The position numbers and the translations under genes were made by a program. The notes under the pieces were generated by a model, which saw only the letters and a list, made by a program, of their open reading frames with translations, had not been told where the DNA came from and ran no database searches. A stretch of 64,000 bases of DNA from Acidobacteriota bacterium. GTDB taxonomy: Bacteria > Acidobacteriota > Thermoanaerobaculia > UBA5066 > Gp7-AA6. Shown piece after piece: positions 1-8,426 of the stretch (within the stretch, counting starts at the first letter, position 1; each line of letters opens with the position of its first letter). Where the stretch lies: assembly GCA_003222385.1 (NCBI GenBank), contig QHVV01000113.1, positions 1,352 to 65,351 of the forward strand. Direction: 5' to 3'.

Positions 1-780
1 GCGCTGGAGCGAACCCAGGTGGTACAGGACGTCCTGCGCGCGGCCCACGGCGAAAGCCGGGATGAGGACCACGCCGTGGCGGGCGACAGTCTCGGCGACC
101 GCGCGCCCGATCTTCTCGCGGGGAGAGCCTTCCGGATGCAGCCGGTCTCCGTAGGTCGACTCGAGGAGAAGGTGATCCGCGGTGTCGGGCGTCTCCGGGT
201 CCTTCAGGATCGGCACGTCCTTCTGTCCGACGTCGCCGGAGAAGACGATCCGGCGCGAATCGACCTCGAAACTGATGAACGCCGCGCCCAGGATGTGTCC
301 GGCTCGGAGGAACGTGAAGGCGAGCCCGGGAGCGATCTCGGTCCGCTGGTGAAAATCGATCGGTTGGAGCAGGCGGAGCGCGCCCGCCGCGTCGTTCGCG
401 TCGAAGAAGGGGAGGGCGGGACGGTGCCGCGAATAACCTTTCTGGTTCGCGTACCGAGCGTCCTCTTCGTGAAGGTGGGCCGCGTCGGGCAGGAGGTACT
501 GCAGAAGTCCCGCCGTGGGACGCGTCGCGTAAACGGGCCGGGAGAAACCGGCCCTCGCGAGGCGCGGCAGATAGCCAGTGTGGTCGATATGCGCGTGGGT
601 GAGCACCACCGCGTCCACCGAGCGTGCGTCGAACGGCGGCGTCGACCAGTTCTTCTCCTTCAGCTCGCTCGATCCCTGGAACACGCCACAGTCGATGAGA
701 ATCCGGCGCGAGCCCGCTTCGAGGAGGTATTTCGAGCCGGTCACCGTGCCGCAAGCTCCCAGGAAGCGGAGCGTCGCCAT
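1..780 (-). CDS. MBL-fold metallo-hydrolase, beta-CASP/RNA-metabolising type (5' part in window; C-terminus lies beyond window start)
   Basis: Reverse-strand translation from the ATG whose complement is at 778-780 gives MATLRFLGACGTVTGSKYLLEAG...VVLTHAHIDHTGYLPRL..., with the HxHxDH metallo-beta-lactamase motif. High GC3. The ORF runs off the left edge of the window. Confidence 0.8.
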   Translation of the reverse strand, partial: MATLRFLGACGTVTGSKYLLEAGSRRILIDCGVFQGSSELKEKNWSTPPFDARSVDAVVLTHAHIDHTGYLPRLARAGFSRPVYATRPTAGLLQYLLPDAAHLHEEDARYANQKGYSRHRPALPFFDANDAAGALRLLQPIDFHQRTEIAPGLAFTFLRAGHILGAAFISFEVDSRRIVFSGDVGQKDVPILKDPETPDTADHLLLESTYGDRLHPEGSPREKIGRAVAETVARHGVVLIPAFAVGRAQDVLYHLGSLQR

Positions 781-870
781 CCGTCGCGGATTATTCGTGG
801 CCGCGATCCAAAGAGCAATTGGAAAGGGAATTGCAGGTATATGATCCGTTGCTTCAATCGGAGGTAGCGG

Positions 871-1143
871 ATGGCAAAAGAAACCCCGTTCGATCGCGCG
901 CGCGATTTCGTCGAAGAGAAGATCGAGCAGACGAAGGAAGTCCTCGGCGACTCGTTCGATGGAGTCGGCGATGAAGTCCGGAAGACCGTCAAGTCGACCG
1001 CGAAGAAGCTCGAAAAGGACTACGGGTACCTCTGGGACGACGTCCGCAAGTACGTGAAGGACAGTCCGGGGACGGCGCTCGCGATCTCCGTCGGGATCGG
1101 CTTCCTGTTCGGCTATCTGCTGCGCGGCGGCGACGACGACTGA
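871..1143 (+). CDS. DUF883 (ElaB/YqjD-like) C-tail-anchored ribosome-associated membrane protein
   Basis: 90 aa. Charged coiled N-terminal part then a C-terminal TM anchor, ALAISVGIGFLFGYLLRGG, typical of ElaB/YqjD. GGAGG-like RBS upstream of the ATG. Confidence 0.8.
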   Translation: MAKETPFDRARDFVEEKIEQTKEVLGDSFDGVGDEVRKTVKSTAKKLEKDYGYLWDDVRKYVKDSPGTALAISVGIGFLFGYLLRGGDDD

Positions 1144-1179
1144 CGCGATCGATCCGTCTCTCGCCGTGGCTCGAAGGCA

Positions 1180-1401
1180 GTGATTCGAATCTCTCAGCTT
1201 GAGAAGGCGCTTCCGGACGACGTGCGCCGGACCGTGCGTGATCATCCGCTGATCGCGATCGTCACGGGAGCGCTCGCCGGCTTCTACGTCGGACGAAGCC
1301 ACGGCCGGGAGATCCTGACAGCGCTCGTCGGCCTGGGAGTCTCCGCCGGAGCTGCGAACGCTCGCCGGCTTCTGGGCGTCGAGCCGCGCGGCGCGCGCTG
1401 A
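1180..1401 (+). CDS. hypothetical small membrane protein (possible DUF883 partner)
   Basis: 73-aa ORF immediately downstream of the DUF883 gene. One predicted TM helix (LIAIVTGALAGFYVG). No recognisable family. Confidence 0.35.
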   Translation: MIRISQLEKALPDDVRRTVRDHPLIAIVTGALAGFYVGRSHGREILTALVGLGVSAGAANARRLLGVEPRGAR

Positions 1402-1416
1402 GTCATTAGCGCGCGC
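1391..1416 (+). terminator. GC-rich perfect hairpin (9-bp stem GCGCGCGCT/AGCGCGCGC, 8-nt loop) overlapping the stop codon of the 1180..1401 ORF; candidate intrinsic terminator or structural element
   Basis: Inverted repeat seen directly in the sequence. Only a weak T-run (ccccaaattt) follows, so terminator function is uncertain. Confidence 0.35.
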
Positions 1417-1437
1417 GCTGACCCCAAATTTAGGAAG

Positions 1438-1516
1438 CGGGTGCAGGCTAAAAGCCCGGTGCAGGCTAAAAGCCTGTCCCGCGACATGTCCGGGGGTCCC
1501 CGCGACATAATCCGGG
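1438..1516 (+). repeat. two tandem direct-repeat pairs in the selD leader: 2x CGG(G)TGCAGGCTAAAAGCC (1438-1474) and 2x CCCGCGACAT(GT/AAT)CCGGG (1478-1516, first copy has palindromic core GACATGTC)
   Basis: Seen directly. The second pair ends 1 nt before the selD GTG start at 1518. Confidence 0.6.
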
Positions 1517-1517
1517 C

Positions 1518-2604
1518 GTGACGTATCGCAAAGCGGGTCATCCCGCGCTCTCGACGTTCGCGTCGAGCGCGGGTTGAGCCTGCAAAATCGGTCAGTTCGA
1601 CCTTTCCGCGCTTCTCGCGAAGCTCCCTCTGCCGGCGGATCCCGCCCTGCTGGTCGGGAACGCGTCCGCCGACGACGCGGCCGTGTACCGGATCAGCGAC
1701 GGGCAGGTGCTCGTCTCGACGGTCGACTTCTTCACGCCGGTCGTCGACGACCCGTATCTCTTCGGCCAGATCGCCGCGGCCAACTCTCTCTCCGACGTCT
1801 ACGCGATGCGGGCGCGTCCGATCCTCGCTCTGGCGCTCGTCGCGTTTCCCACGGCCGTCCTGCCGGAGGAGGTCCTCGAGCAGATTCTCCGGGGCGGAGC
1901 GGAGAAGGTCGCCGAGGCCGGCGCGGTTGTCGGGGGCGGCCACTCGATCGAGCACGACGTGCCCATCTACGGTCTCGCGGTCACCGGCACCGCTAAGGAG
2001 ACGGCAATCACGCGCAACTCCGGCGCGAAGCCAGGAGACGCGCTCGTCCTGACCAAGCCGCTCGGGATCGGCGTGACGGTCTCCGCCGGACGCGCGGACT
2101 CGATCGCCGCGGAAGGAGTGTCCGGGCTCTTCCACCGCCAGGCTCTTTCGGACGCCGGGCGCGAGGAGGTCGGCCGCCGACGCGATGGACGGCTTCGAGA
2201 TCCACGCCGCCACCGACGTGACCGGCTACGGACTGCTCGGCCACGCCCACGAGATGATGGAGGCGTCCGGCACGACCGCGAAATTCCAGCTCGATGCGAT
2301 CCCTCTGCTCTCGGAAGCGCGGCGGATCGCGGCGCGCGGAATCGCGCCGGACGGCTCCCGGTCGAACGTGCGCAATCTGCGGCCGCGGTGCGCCGTCGGC
2401 GCCGGAGTCACGGACGACGACTTCCTGCTGCTGTGCGACGCGCAGACTTCGGGAGGTCTGCTCGTCGCGCTTCCGGCCGGGGAGGCCGAGAGCTACGCCG
2501 CGTCGTGCCGGGAGCGCGGCGCGGACGGGACTGCGGTCGTCGGGCGCGTCGAGGCGCGGGGGAAGTTTCCTCTGGAAGTCGAAAAGAAATCGGAGGGGCG
2601 ATGA
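1518..2604 (+). CDS. selD: selenide, water dikinase (selenophosphate synthetase) SelD, selenocysteine-containing form; in-frame TGA at 1575-1577; apparent +1 frameshift near 2160-2185
   Basis: Frame 0 from GTG 1518 reads ...ALSTFASSAG-[TGA]-ACKIGQFDLSALLAKLPLPADPALLVGNASADDAAVYRISDGQVLVSTVDFFTPVVDDPYLFGQIAAANSLSDVYAMRARP..., matching E. coli SelD HGAGC17GCKI...LLVGNETRDDAAVYDL...TTDFFMP. The TGA aligns with catalytic Cys17, as in Sec-containing SelD. The C-terminal part (MDGFEIHAATDVTGYGLLGH..., ORF 2185..2604) is in frame +1 relative to the N-terminal part. Confidence 0.8.
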
Positions 2605-2876
2605 AAGAAAGAAACGAGCCGGAGTGGGTCGTGGTGGCGTCGGTCGGAAACGACGAGGAGGCGAGCCTGATCGCCGGCCTGCTGCAGTCCCGCGATATCC
2701 CGTGCGAGGTCGAGGGGCCTTCGACGACGCCGTGGCCCGAGAACCTGGGCGCCTTCGGAATGAGTCGCGTGCTGGTCCCGCCGGAAAACGCCGACGAGGC
2801 GCGGCAGGTCCTCGCCTCCCGGGAGCATCCGGGCCCGCGCTCGATGGACGACGACGACACCGAAACCGGCGAGTAG
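2601..2876 (+). CDS. DUF2007-family small protein (putative signal-transducing protein fold)
   Basis: ATG at 2601 overlaps the selD TGA (ATGA) and is preceded by GGAGGGG. 91 aa: MKERNEPEWVVVASVGNDEEASLIAGLLQSRDIPCEVEG...RVLVPPENADEARQVL, fitting the DUF2007 pattern. In frame 0, embedded in the long 1683..2876 track ORF. Confidence 0.65.
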   Translation: MKERNEPEWVVVASVGNDEEASLIAGLLQSRDIPCEVEGPSTTPWPENLGAFGMSRVLVPPENADEARQVLASREHPGPRSMDDDDTETGE

Positions 2877-3710
2877 ATGAACCCCGTGGCCGCCTTCGCG
2901 GCCGCCGCGATGTTGTTCGGGTCCCCGGATCCCGCGACGCGATTCGTTCCCCGGACCGTCCGGGCCGGAGAAACCGCCGTCCTCGTCTTCACCCGCACGA
3001 CCGGCTTCCGACACGAGTCCATTCCCGACGCCATCGCGGCGGTGCGCCGACTCGGGACCGAAAACGGCTTCTCCGTCGACGCGACCGAGGATCCCTCCGC
3101 GTTCACCGACGTCCACCTCGCTCCGTATCGCGCGGTGCTCTTCCTGCTCACGACGGGCGACGTCCTCGGAGACGACGAGCAGGCCGCTTTCGAACGGTGG
3201 ATCCGGTCGGGAGGCGGCTGGGTTGGCGTTCATTCCGCCACCGATACCGAGTACGAATGGCCCTTCTACGGCGAGCTCGCCGGCGCTTACTTCGCGGGTC
3301 ACCCCGAGATTCAGCCGGCGGCGGTCCACGTCGAAGACCGAGCGCACCCCGCGACGTCCGCGGTGCCGGAAAACTGGCCGCGCACCGACGAGTGGTACAA
3401 CTTCCGCGCGAACCCGAGAGAGCGCGTCCACGTCCTCGCCACGGTCGACGAAACTACGTACTCCGGCGGCTCGATGGGCGCCGACCACCCGATCGCGTGG
3501 TGCCAGGAGTTCGCCGGCGGCCGCGCCTTCTACACGGCCGGAGGTCACACGCGGGAGAGCTGGGCCGAACCGCTCTTCCTCGCCCACGTCGCCGGCGGGA
3601 TCCGTTGGGCGGCGGGAATCGAGTCCGGATTTTGCGGGGAGATCCAACGGAGCGTCCCGCGGCGCGTGGCCCCACGATCCGCTCCGCGGCTCGTGACGCC
3701 CCGGAATTAG
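2877..3710 (+). CDS. ThuA-like (class I glutamine-amidotransferase-like) domain protein
   Basis: 277 aa. Contains GGGWVGVHSATDT...WP..., the characteristic ThuA-domain core. ATG directly abuts the preceding stop. Confidence 0.75.
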   Translation: MNPVAAFAAAAMLFGSPDPATRFVPRTVRAGETAVLVFTRTTGFRHESIPDAIAAVRRLGTENGFSVDATEDPSAFTDVHLAPYRAVLFLLTTGDVLGDDEQAAFERWIRSGGGWVGVHSATDTEYEWPFYGELAGAYFAGHPEIQPAAVHVEDRAHPATSAVPENWPRTDEWYNFRANPRERVHVLATVDETTYSGGSMGADHPIAWCQEFAGGRAFYTAGGHTRESWAEPLFLAHVAGGIRWAAGIESGFCGEIQRSVPRRVAPRSAPRLVTPRN

Positions 3711-3731
3711 GGCTGTGCTAGTTTCCTGCGC

Positions 3732-4853
3732 ATGTCTGCGACCGTCCCCGCGGCGGCGGCGCTCAAACGCACGCCGCTCTACGAGCTTCACCGCAAGCTC
3801 GGCGCCAGACTGATCGATTTCGGCGGCTGGGAAATGCCGGTCCAGTATTCCGGCATCCTCGAAGAGCACCGCGCCGTCCGGGAGCGCGTGGGGATCTTCG
3901 ACGTCTCCCACATGGGAGAGCTCGAGCTCACCGGCGAAGGCGCGCTCGCGGCGGTGCAGTGGCTGACCCCGAACGACGTCGCCCGTCTTCCGGACGGCCG
4001 CTGCCAGTACTCCGCTTTTCTGACCGAGCGCGGCACCTTCGTCGACGACCTCCTCGTCTACCGCAAGGCCGCCGATTCGTACATGCTGGTCGTCAACGCG
4101 TCGAACACGCCGAAGGACTTCGAGTGGGCGAAGGCTCACGCCGGTGAAAACGTCCGGGTCGATGACGCGAGCGATCGGTACGCGCTCCTCGCGGTGCAGG
4201 GTCCGCGAGCGGCCGGCCTCGTCTCGCGCGTCTCCTCCGACGACCCCACGGACCTGCCGTACTACGCGTTCCGGGAGACGTCGGTCGTAGGCGCCCCCGC
4301 TCTGGTCTCCCGCACCGGATACACGGGCGAGGACGGCTTCGAGCTGTATCTCGCGCCCGAGCACGCGGAAAGGGTCTTCGGCGGACTGCTGGAAGAGGGG
4401 CGCGGCGACGGGGCAACGCCCTGCGGGCTGGGCGCCCGCGACACGCTGCGGCTGGAAGCGCGGATGGCGCTTTACGGAAACGACATCGACGATACCGTCA
4501 CGCCGTGGGAGGCGGACCTCGGCTGGATCGTCAAAATGAAGAAGGGGGACTTTCTGGGCCGCGACGCGCTCGAGCGCCAGAAGGCGGAGGGCGTACAGCG
4601 CAAGCTCATCGGTTTCGAGATGGTCGACCGCGGGATCGCGCGGCACGGCTATCCCGCGCATACGCCGCACGGAGACGGCACGGTGACATCGGGGACGCAC
4701 TCTCCGACACTCGGCAAGCCGATCGGGCTGGCGATGCTGCCCGCCGGAGCCGCCGCCGTCGGGACCGGCTTCGAGATCGACATCCGGGGACGCAACGCAA
4801 AAGCCCGCGTCGTCGAAATGCCGTTCTACAAGAGACCGAAGGAGGCGCGGTGA
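3732..4853 (+). CDS. gcvT: glycine cleavage system T protein (aminomethyltransferase)
   Basis: 373 aa: ...RTPLYELHRKLGARLIDFGGWEMPVQYSGILEEHRAVRERVGIFDVSHMGELELTG... is the canonical GcvT signature. Confidence 0.95.
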   Translation: MSATVPAAAALKRTPLYELHRKLGARLIDFGGWEMPVQYSGILEEHRAVRERVGIFDVSHMGELELTGEGALAAVQWLTPNDVARLPDGRCQYSAFLTERGTFVDDLLVYRKAADSYMLVVNASNTPKDFEWAKAHAGENVRVDDASDRYALLAVQGPRAAGLVSRVSSDDPTDLPYYAFRETSVVGAPALVSRTGYTGEDGFELYLAPEHAERVFGGLLEEGRGDGATPCGLGARDTLRLEARMALYGNDIDDTVTPWEADLGWIVKMKKGDFLGRDALERQKAEGVQRKLIGFEMVDRGIARHGYPAHTPHGDGTVTSGTHSPTLGKPIGLAMLPAGAAAVGTGFEIDIRGRNAKARVVEMPFYKRPKEAR

Positions 4854-5242
4854 ATCCGGAAGAGCTGCACTACACGGCCAGCCACGAGTGGGTCCGGATC
4901 GACGGCGACGTCGGCACGATCGGCATCACCGACTACGCGCAGAAGGAGCTCGGGGAAATCGTGTACTTAGAGATGCCCGAGGTCGGCCACGTGTTCAACG
5001 CCGACGAGGAGTTCGGAACCGTCGAATCGGTCAAAGCGGTCTCGGAGCTCTACACGCCGGTCTCCGGCGAAATCGTGGAAGTCAACAAGGGCGCGGTCGC
5101 GGAGCCCGGGATCGTCAACGACGATCCGTTCGGCGACGGGTGGCTGATCAAGATGAAGCTCACGACCGACGAGGAAGTCGGGAAGCTGATGACAGCCGAG
5201 CAGTACGCGAAATACGTCCAGCAGGAAGAGAAGGAGCGGTGA
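4850..5242 (+). CDS. gcvH: glycine cleavage system H protein (lipoyl carrier)
   Basis: GTG at 4850 overlaps the gcvT TGA (GTGA) and is preceded by AGGAGG. Sequence ...YTASHEWVRIDGDVGTIGITDYAQKELGEIVYLEMPEVG...VESVKAVSELYTPVSGEIVEVN... carries the lipoyl-lysine motif ESVKA. Confidence 0.95.
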   Translation: MNPEELHYTASHEWVRIDGDVGTIGITDYAQKELGEIVYLEMPEVGHVFNADEEFGTVESVKAVSELYTPVSGEIVEVNKGAVAEPGIVNDDPFGDGWLIKMKLTTDEEVGKLMTAEQYAKYVQQEEKER

Positions 5243-6618
5243 AGTTCCTCCCGACGTCCGACGCGGACCGCTCCGAGATGCTCCGCGCGATCGGAGTGTC
5301 TTCCGTCGAGGATCTGTTCGCCTCGATTCCAGCGGAGGTCCGCCAGCCGGCCGACCTTCCGCCGCCCCTCTCCGAGATCGAGGTCCGCCGGCTCCTGGGA
5401 TCGCTCGCCGCGCGCAACGCGAACGCGCGCGAGAGCGCCTTCTTCCTGGGTGCCGGGATCTACAACCACTACATCTCGGCGATCGCGGACCAGATGCTCT
5501 ACCGCGCCGAATGGTTGACGTCCTACACCCCGTACCAGCCGGAGGTCTCGCAGGGGACGCTCCAGTCGATCTTCGAGTTCCAGACCCACGTGTGCCTGCT
5601 GACCGGCCTCGACGTGGCGAACGCGTCGCTGTACGAGGGTGCGTCGGCGCTCGTCGAGGCGCTTCTCATGGCGTCGCGGCTCTGCCGCGGCCGGACTCGC
5701 GCCGTGCTCTCGGCCGGCATCCATCCGGAGTATCGCGAGACCGTGCGCACGTATTTCTCGGCCCTCGGTTTCACATCGGTCGAGGTGCCGATCGGCCCCG
5801 ACGGTCGGACGGACCCGAAAGCCCTCGCCCGGGCGGTCGACGCCGACACGTTCGCGGTCGCGATCCAGTCTCCGAACTTCTTCGGGGTCGTCGAGGACTG
5901 GAAGGTCGGTTCGGACGCCGCGCACGCGAAGGGAGCCCGGGCGGTCGCCGTGGTCGCGGAGGCCGTCTCGATGGCGCTCCTCGCCCCGCCGGGCGAGCGG
6001 GAAGCGGACATCGCCTGCGGAGAGGCGCAGTCGCTGGGCGTCCCGATGCATTTCGGAGGCCCCGTGCTGGGGTTCCTCGCCTGCCGCGCCGAGCACGAGC
6101 GCCAGATTCCGGGCCGCCTGGTCGGCGAGACGCGCGACGCGGACGGCCGTCGCGCGTTCTGCCTCACACTTTCGACCCGGGAACAGCACATCCGGCGCGA
6201 GCGCGCGACGTCGAACATCTGCACGAATCAGGGGCTGATGGCGCTCGCCTCGAACATCCACTGCTCGCTCCTCGGGAAAAAGGGGCTGCGCGAGGTCGCT
6301 TTGCAGTCGCACGCGAAGGCGGAGTATCTGAAACGCGAGATCTCGAAGATTCCGGGCTGGCGGATTCCGTTCGGCGCTCCGACGTTCAACGAGTTCGTCG
6401 CCGAGGGACCCGAGCCCGCCTCGCCGCTCCTCTCCCGACTCGCGCGGCGCGGCATCCTCGCCGGAGTGCCGCTGTCGCGCTGGGACCCGGACGCTCCGAA
6501 CCGTTTCTTAGTCGCCGCCACGGAGATGAACACCCGGGAAGAGATGGACCGGCTTGTCGCCGCTTTGAAGGCCGGGGGGACGGGGGACCGCCAGGTCCCC
6601 CGCCAGGATCGCCCTTGA
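5238..6618 (+). CDS. gcvPA: glycine dehydrogenase (decarboxylating) subunit 1
   Basis: GTG overlaps the gcvH stop. Sequence VKFLPTSDADRSEMLRAIGVSSVEDLF...FLGAGIYNHY...SYTPYQPEVSQGTLQ... matches the P-protein alpha subunit. It is the latter part of track ORF 4888..6618. Confidence 0.95.
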
Positions 6619-8114
6619 GCGTCTCGGTCGAGGAGAAGAAGGGCCCCGCGCCCGGCGACCGGCGCCATCCCGAGCCGCTCCACGAGCCGCTCGTCTTCGA
6701 GCGCTCAGGCGAGGGGAAAGTCGGTTACTCGCTTCCGCCTCTGGACGTCCCCGAGACGGTCGCGATTCCGGAGGTTCTCTGCCGGCCCGACCTCGCGGGC
6801 GAGACCGAAATCAGCGAGGTCGAGGTCGCGCGCCACTTCACGCGTCTCTCCCGCTTGAACTTCTCGATCGACCAGGCGCTGTACCCTCTGGGATCGTGCA
6901 CGATGAAGCACAACCCGCGCGTCAACGAAGAGGTCGCCCGCCTGCCCGGATTCGCCTCCGCGCATCCTCTCGCGCCCGAAGAGGTCTCGCAGGGGGCGCT
7001 CGAGCTCGCGTGGCGGCTCGAGAAAATCCTGTCGGAGCTGACGGGCCTCGCGCGGGTGACGCTGCAGCCCGCGGCCGGAGCGCAGGGGGAGCTCGCCGGC
7101 ATCCTGATGGTCCGCGCCGCGCTCGCAAAGACGGGAAACCCCCGGACGACCGTGCTCATCCCGGACTCGGCGCACGGGACGAACCCCGCTTCGGCGCACT
7201 TCGCCGGCTACAAGGTCCGGGAGCTCAAGTCGAACGCCCGCGGCACGCTCGATCTGCACGTCCTGGAAGAGGCGATGACCGAAGACGTCGCGGCGCTCAT
7301 GCTGACGGTCCCGAACACGCTCGGGATCTTCGAGAACCAGATCCTGGACATCGCGCGCATCGTGCACGGGAAGGGGGGGTATCTCTACTGCGACGGGGCG
7401 AACTTCAATTCGTTCGTCGGGATCGCGAAACCGGGCGCGATGGGCATCGACGTGATGCACATGAACCTGCACAAGACGTTCTCGACGCCGCACGGCGGAG
7501 GAGGTCCGGGCGCGGGACCGGTCGCGGTCGCCGAGAGCCTGGTCCCGTTCCTGCCGAGGCCGACGGTCGAGCGCCGGACCGACGGCGCGTTCTCCCTCGA
7601 CCATGACCGGCCCGAATCGATCGGTCGGCTGCGGACCTTCCTCGGCAACTTCGGCATGTTCGTGAGGGCGCTCGCCTACATCTCCTCTTACGGGAATCGC
7701 ATCGGCGACGTCGCGCGCGGGGCGGTCCTGAACGCGAACTACATCCGGGCCGGCCTCGCCGGCGTCTATCACCTGAAGTACGACGCGCCGACCATGCACG
7801 AGGTCGTCTTCTCCGACAAGAAACAGACCGCTTCGGGCATTCACGCGATGGACATCGGAAAACGTCTCATGGACTACGGCTTTCATCCGCCCACGATCTC
7901 CTTTCCTCTCATCGTGTACGGCGCGCTCATGATCGAGCCGACCGAGACCGAGTCGAAGACCGGGCTCGACGCGTTCGTCGCCGCGATGCGGAAGATCGCA
8001 CGGGAGAGCGAGGAAGATCCCGAGATCGTGAAAACGGCGCCGCACACGACGCCGGTCCGGCGCGTCGATGAAGTGGGCGCGGCGAGAAACCTGGTGCTCC
8101 GGTGGAGGCCCTGA
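6615..8114 (+). CDS. gcvPB: glycine dehydrogenase (decarboxylating) subunit 2
   Basis: TTG at 6615 overlaps the gcvPA TGA (TTGA). Sequence ...RHPEPLHEPLVFERS...CTMKHNPRVNEE...NLHKTFSTPHGGGGPGAGP... matches the P-protein beta subunit. It is the latter part of track ORF 5511..8114. Confidence 0.95.
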   Translation: MSVSVEEKKGPAPGDRRHPEPLHEPLVFERSGEGKVGYSLPPLDVPETVAIPEVLCRPDLAGETEISEVEVARHFTRLSRLNFSIDQALYPLGSCTMKHNPRVNEEVARLPGFASAHPLAPEEVSQGALELAWRLEKILSELTGLARVTLQPAAGAQGELAGILMVRAALAKTGNPRTTVLIPDSAHGTNPASAHFAGYKVRELKSNARGTLDLHVLEEAMTEDVAALMLTVPNTLGIFENQILDIARIVHGKGGYLYCDGANFNSFVGIAKPGAMGIDVMHMNLHKTFSTPHGGGGPGAGPVAVAESLVPFLPRPTVERRTDGAFSLDHDRPESIGRLRTFLGNFGMFVRALAYISSYGNRIGDVARGAVLNANYIRAGLAGVYHLKYDAPTMHEVVFSDKKQTASGIHAMDIGKRLMDYGFHPPTISFPLIVYGALMIEPTETESKTGLDAFVAAMRKIARESEEDPEIVKTAPHTTPVRRVDEVGAARNLVLRWRP

Positions 8115-8150
8115 CGTCCTGAGCCTGCGATATCCTTCCCCGACACATCC

Positions 8151-8426
8151 ATGAGCGCCGCCTTCCATCGAAGGTGCCCCTTCTGCAGCGGCGACATGCT
8201 GCGGTCGCAAACGCATCAATCCGGCTATACCCACTATTTCTGGAAGAAGCCGTGGAAGCGTTCTTTCCTGGGGTTCGGCGCCGAACGCGTCTACCCGTGG
8301 GCGTGCATGGGGTGCGGCGTCGTTCTCTTCTACCTCGACCGACTTCCCGCGGTGGCCGAGGAGTTCCGCTCGCTCCGTAACGTGGAACGGGCGCGGGAGG
8401 GCCAGCCCGCTCCGCTCAAGCCGTGA
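8151..8426 (+). CDS. small zinc-ribbon protein (CPFC...CMGC), hypothetical
   Basis: 91 aa with two CxxC pairs and high GC3. Its TGA overlaps the GTG start of the downstream DAK2-DegV gene (GTGA), which suggests translational coupling and supports it being real. Confidence 0.55.
   Translation: MSAAFHRRCPFCSGDMLRSQTHQSGYTHYFWKKPWKRSFLGFGAERVYPWACMGCGVVLFYLDRLPAVAEEFRSLRNVERAREGQPAPLKP

Noticed and set aside
1438-1516. Possibility that the tandem repeats upstream of selD are a CRISPR array
   Set aside because: Only two copies of each unit, directly adjacent with no spacers, and no cas genes. These are not CRISPR.
1574-1996. 140-aa plus-strand ORF overlapping the selD 5' region
   Set aside because: It is in a different frame from the SelD-homologous reading. 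Its Arg-rich low-complexity translation is an artefact of the high-GC alternative frame.
3711-3731. Glycine riboswitch upstream of gcvT
   Set aside because: Only 21 nt separate the ThuA stop and the gcvT start. There is no room for the ~100-nt tandem glycine aptamers.
2493-4700. 735-aa minus-strand ORF (and similar long ORFs 8330..10735-, 19503..22385+, 19897..22137-, 24835..28737- upstream part, 46018..48771-, 57936..59915-, 62058..63860-)
   Set aside because: These are GC-driven spurious ORFs antisense to, or out of frame with, strongly homology-supported genes (ThuA/gcvT, DegV fusion, oxidoreductase, VWA protein, pilQ, PPIase, gdh). Their translations are Arg/Pro/Gly-rich low-complexity and match no known families.
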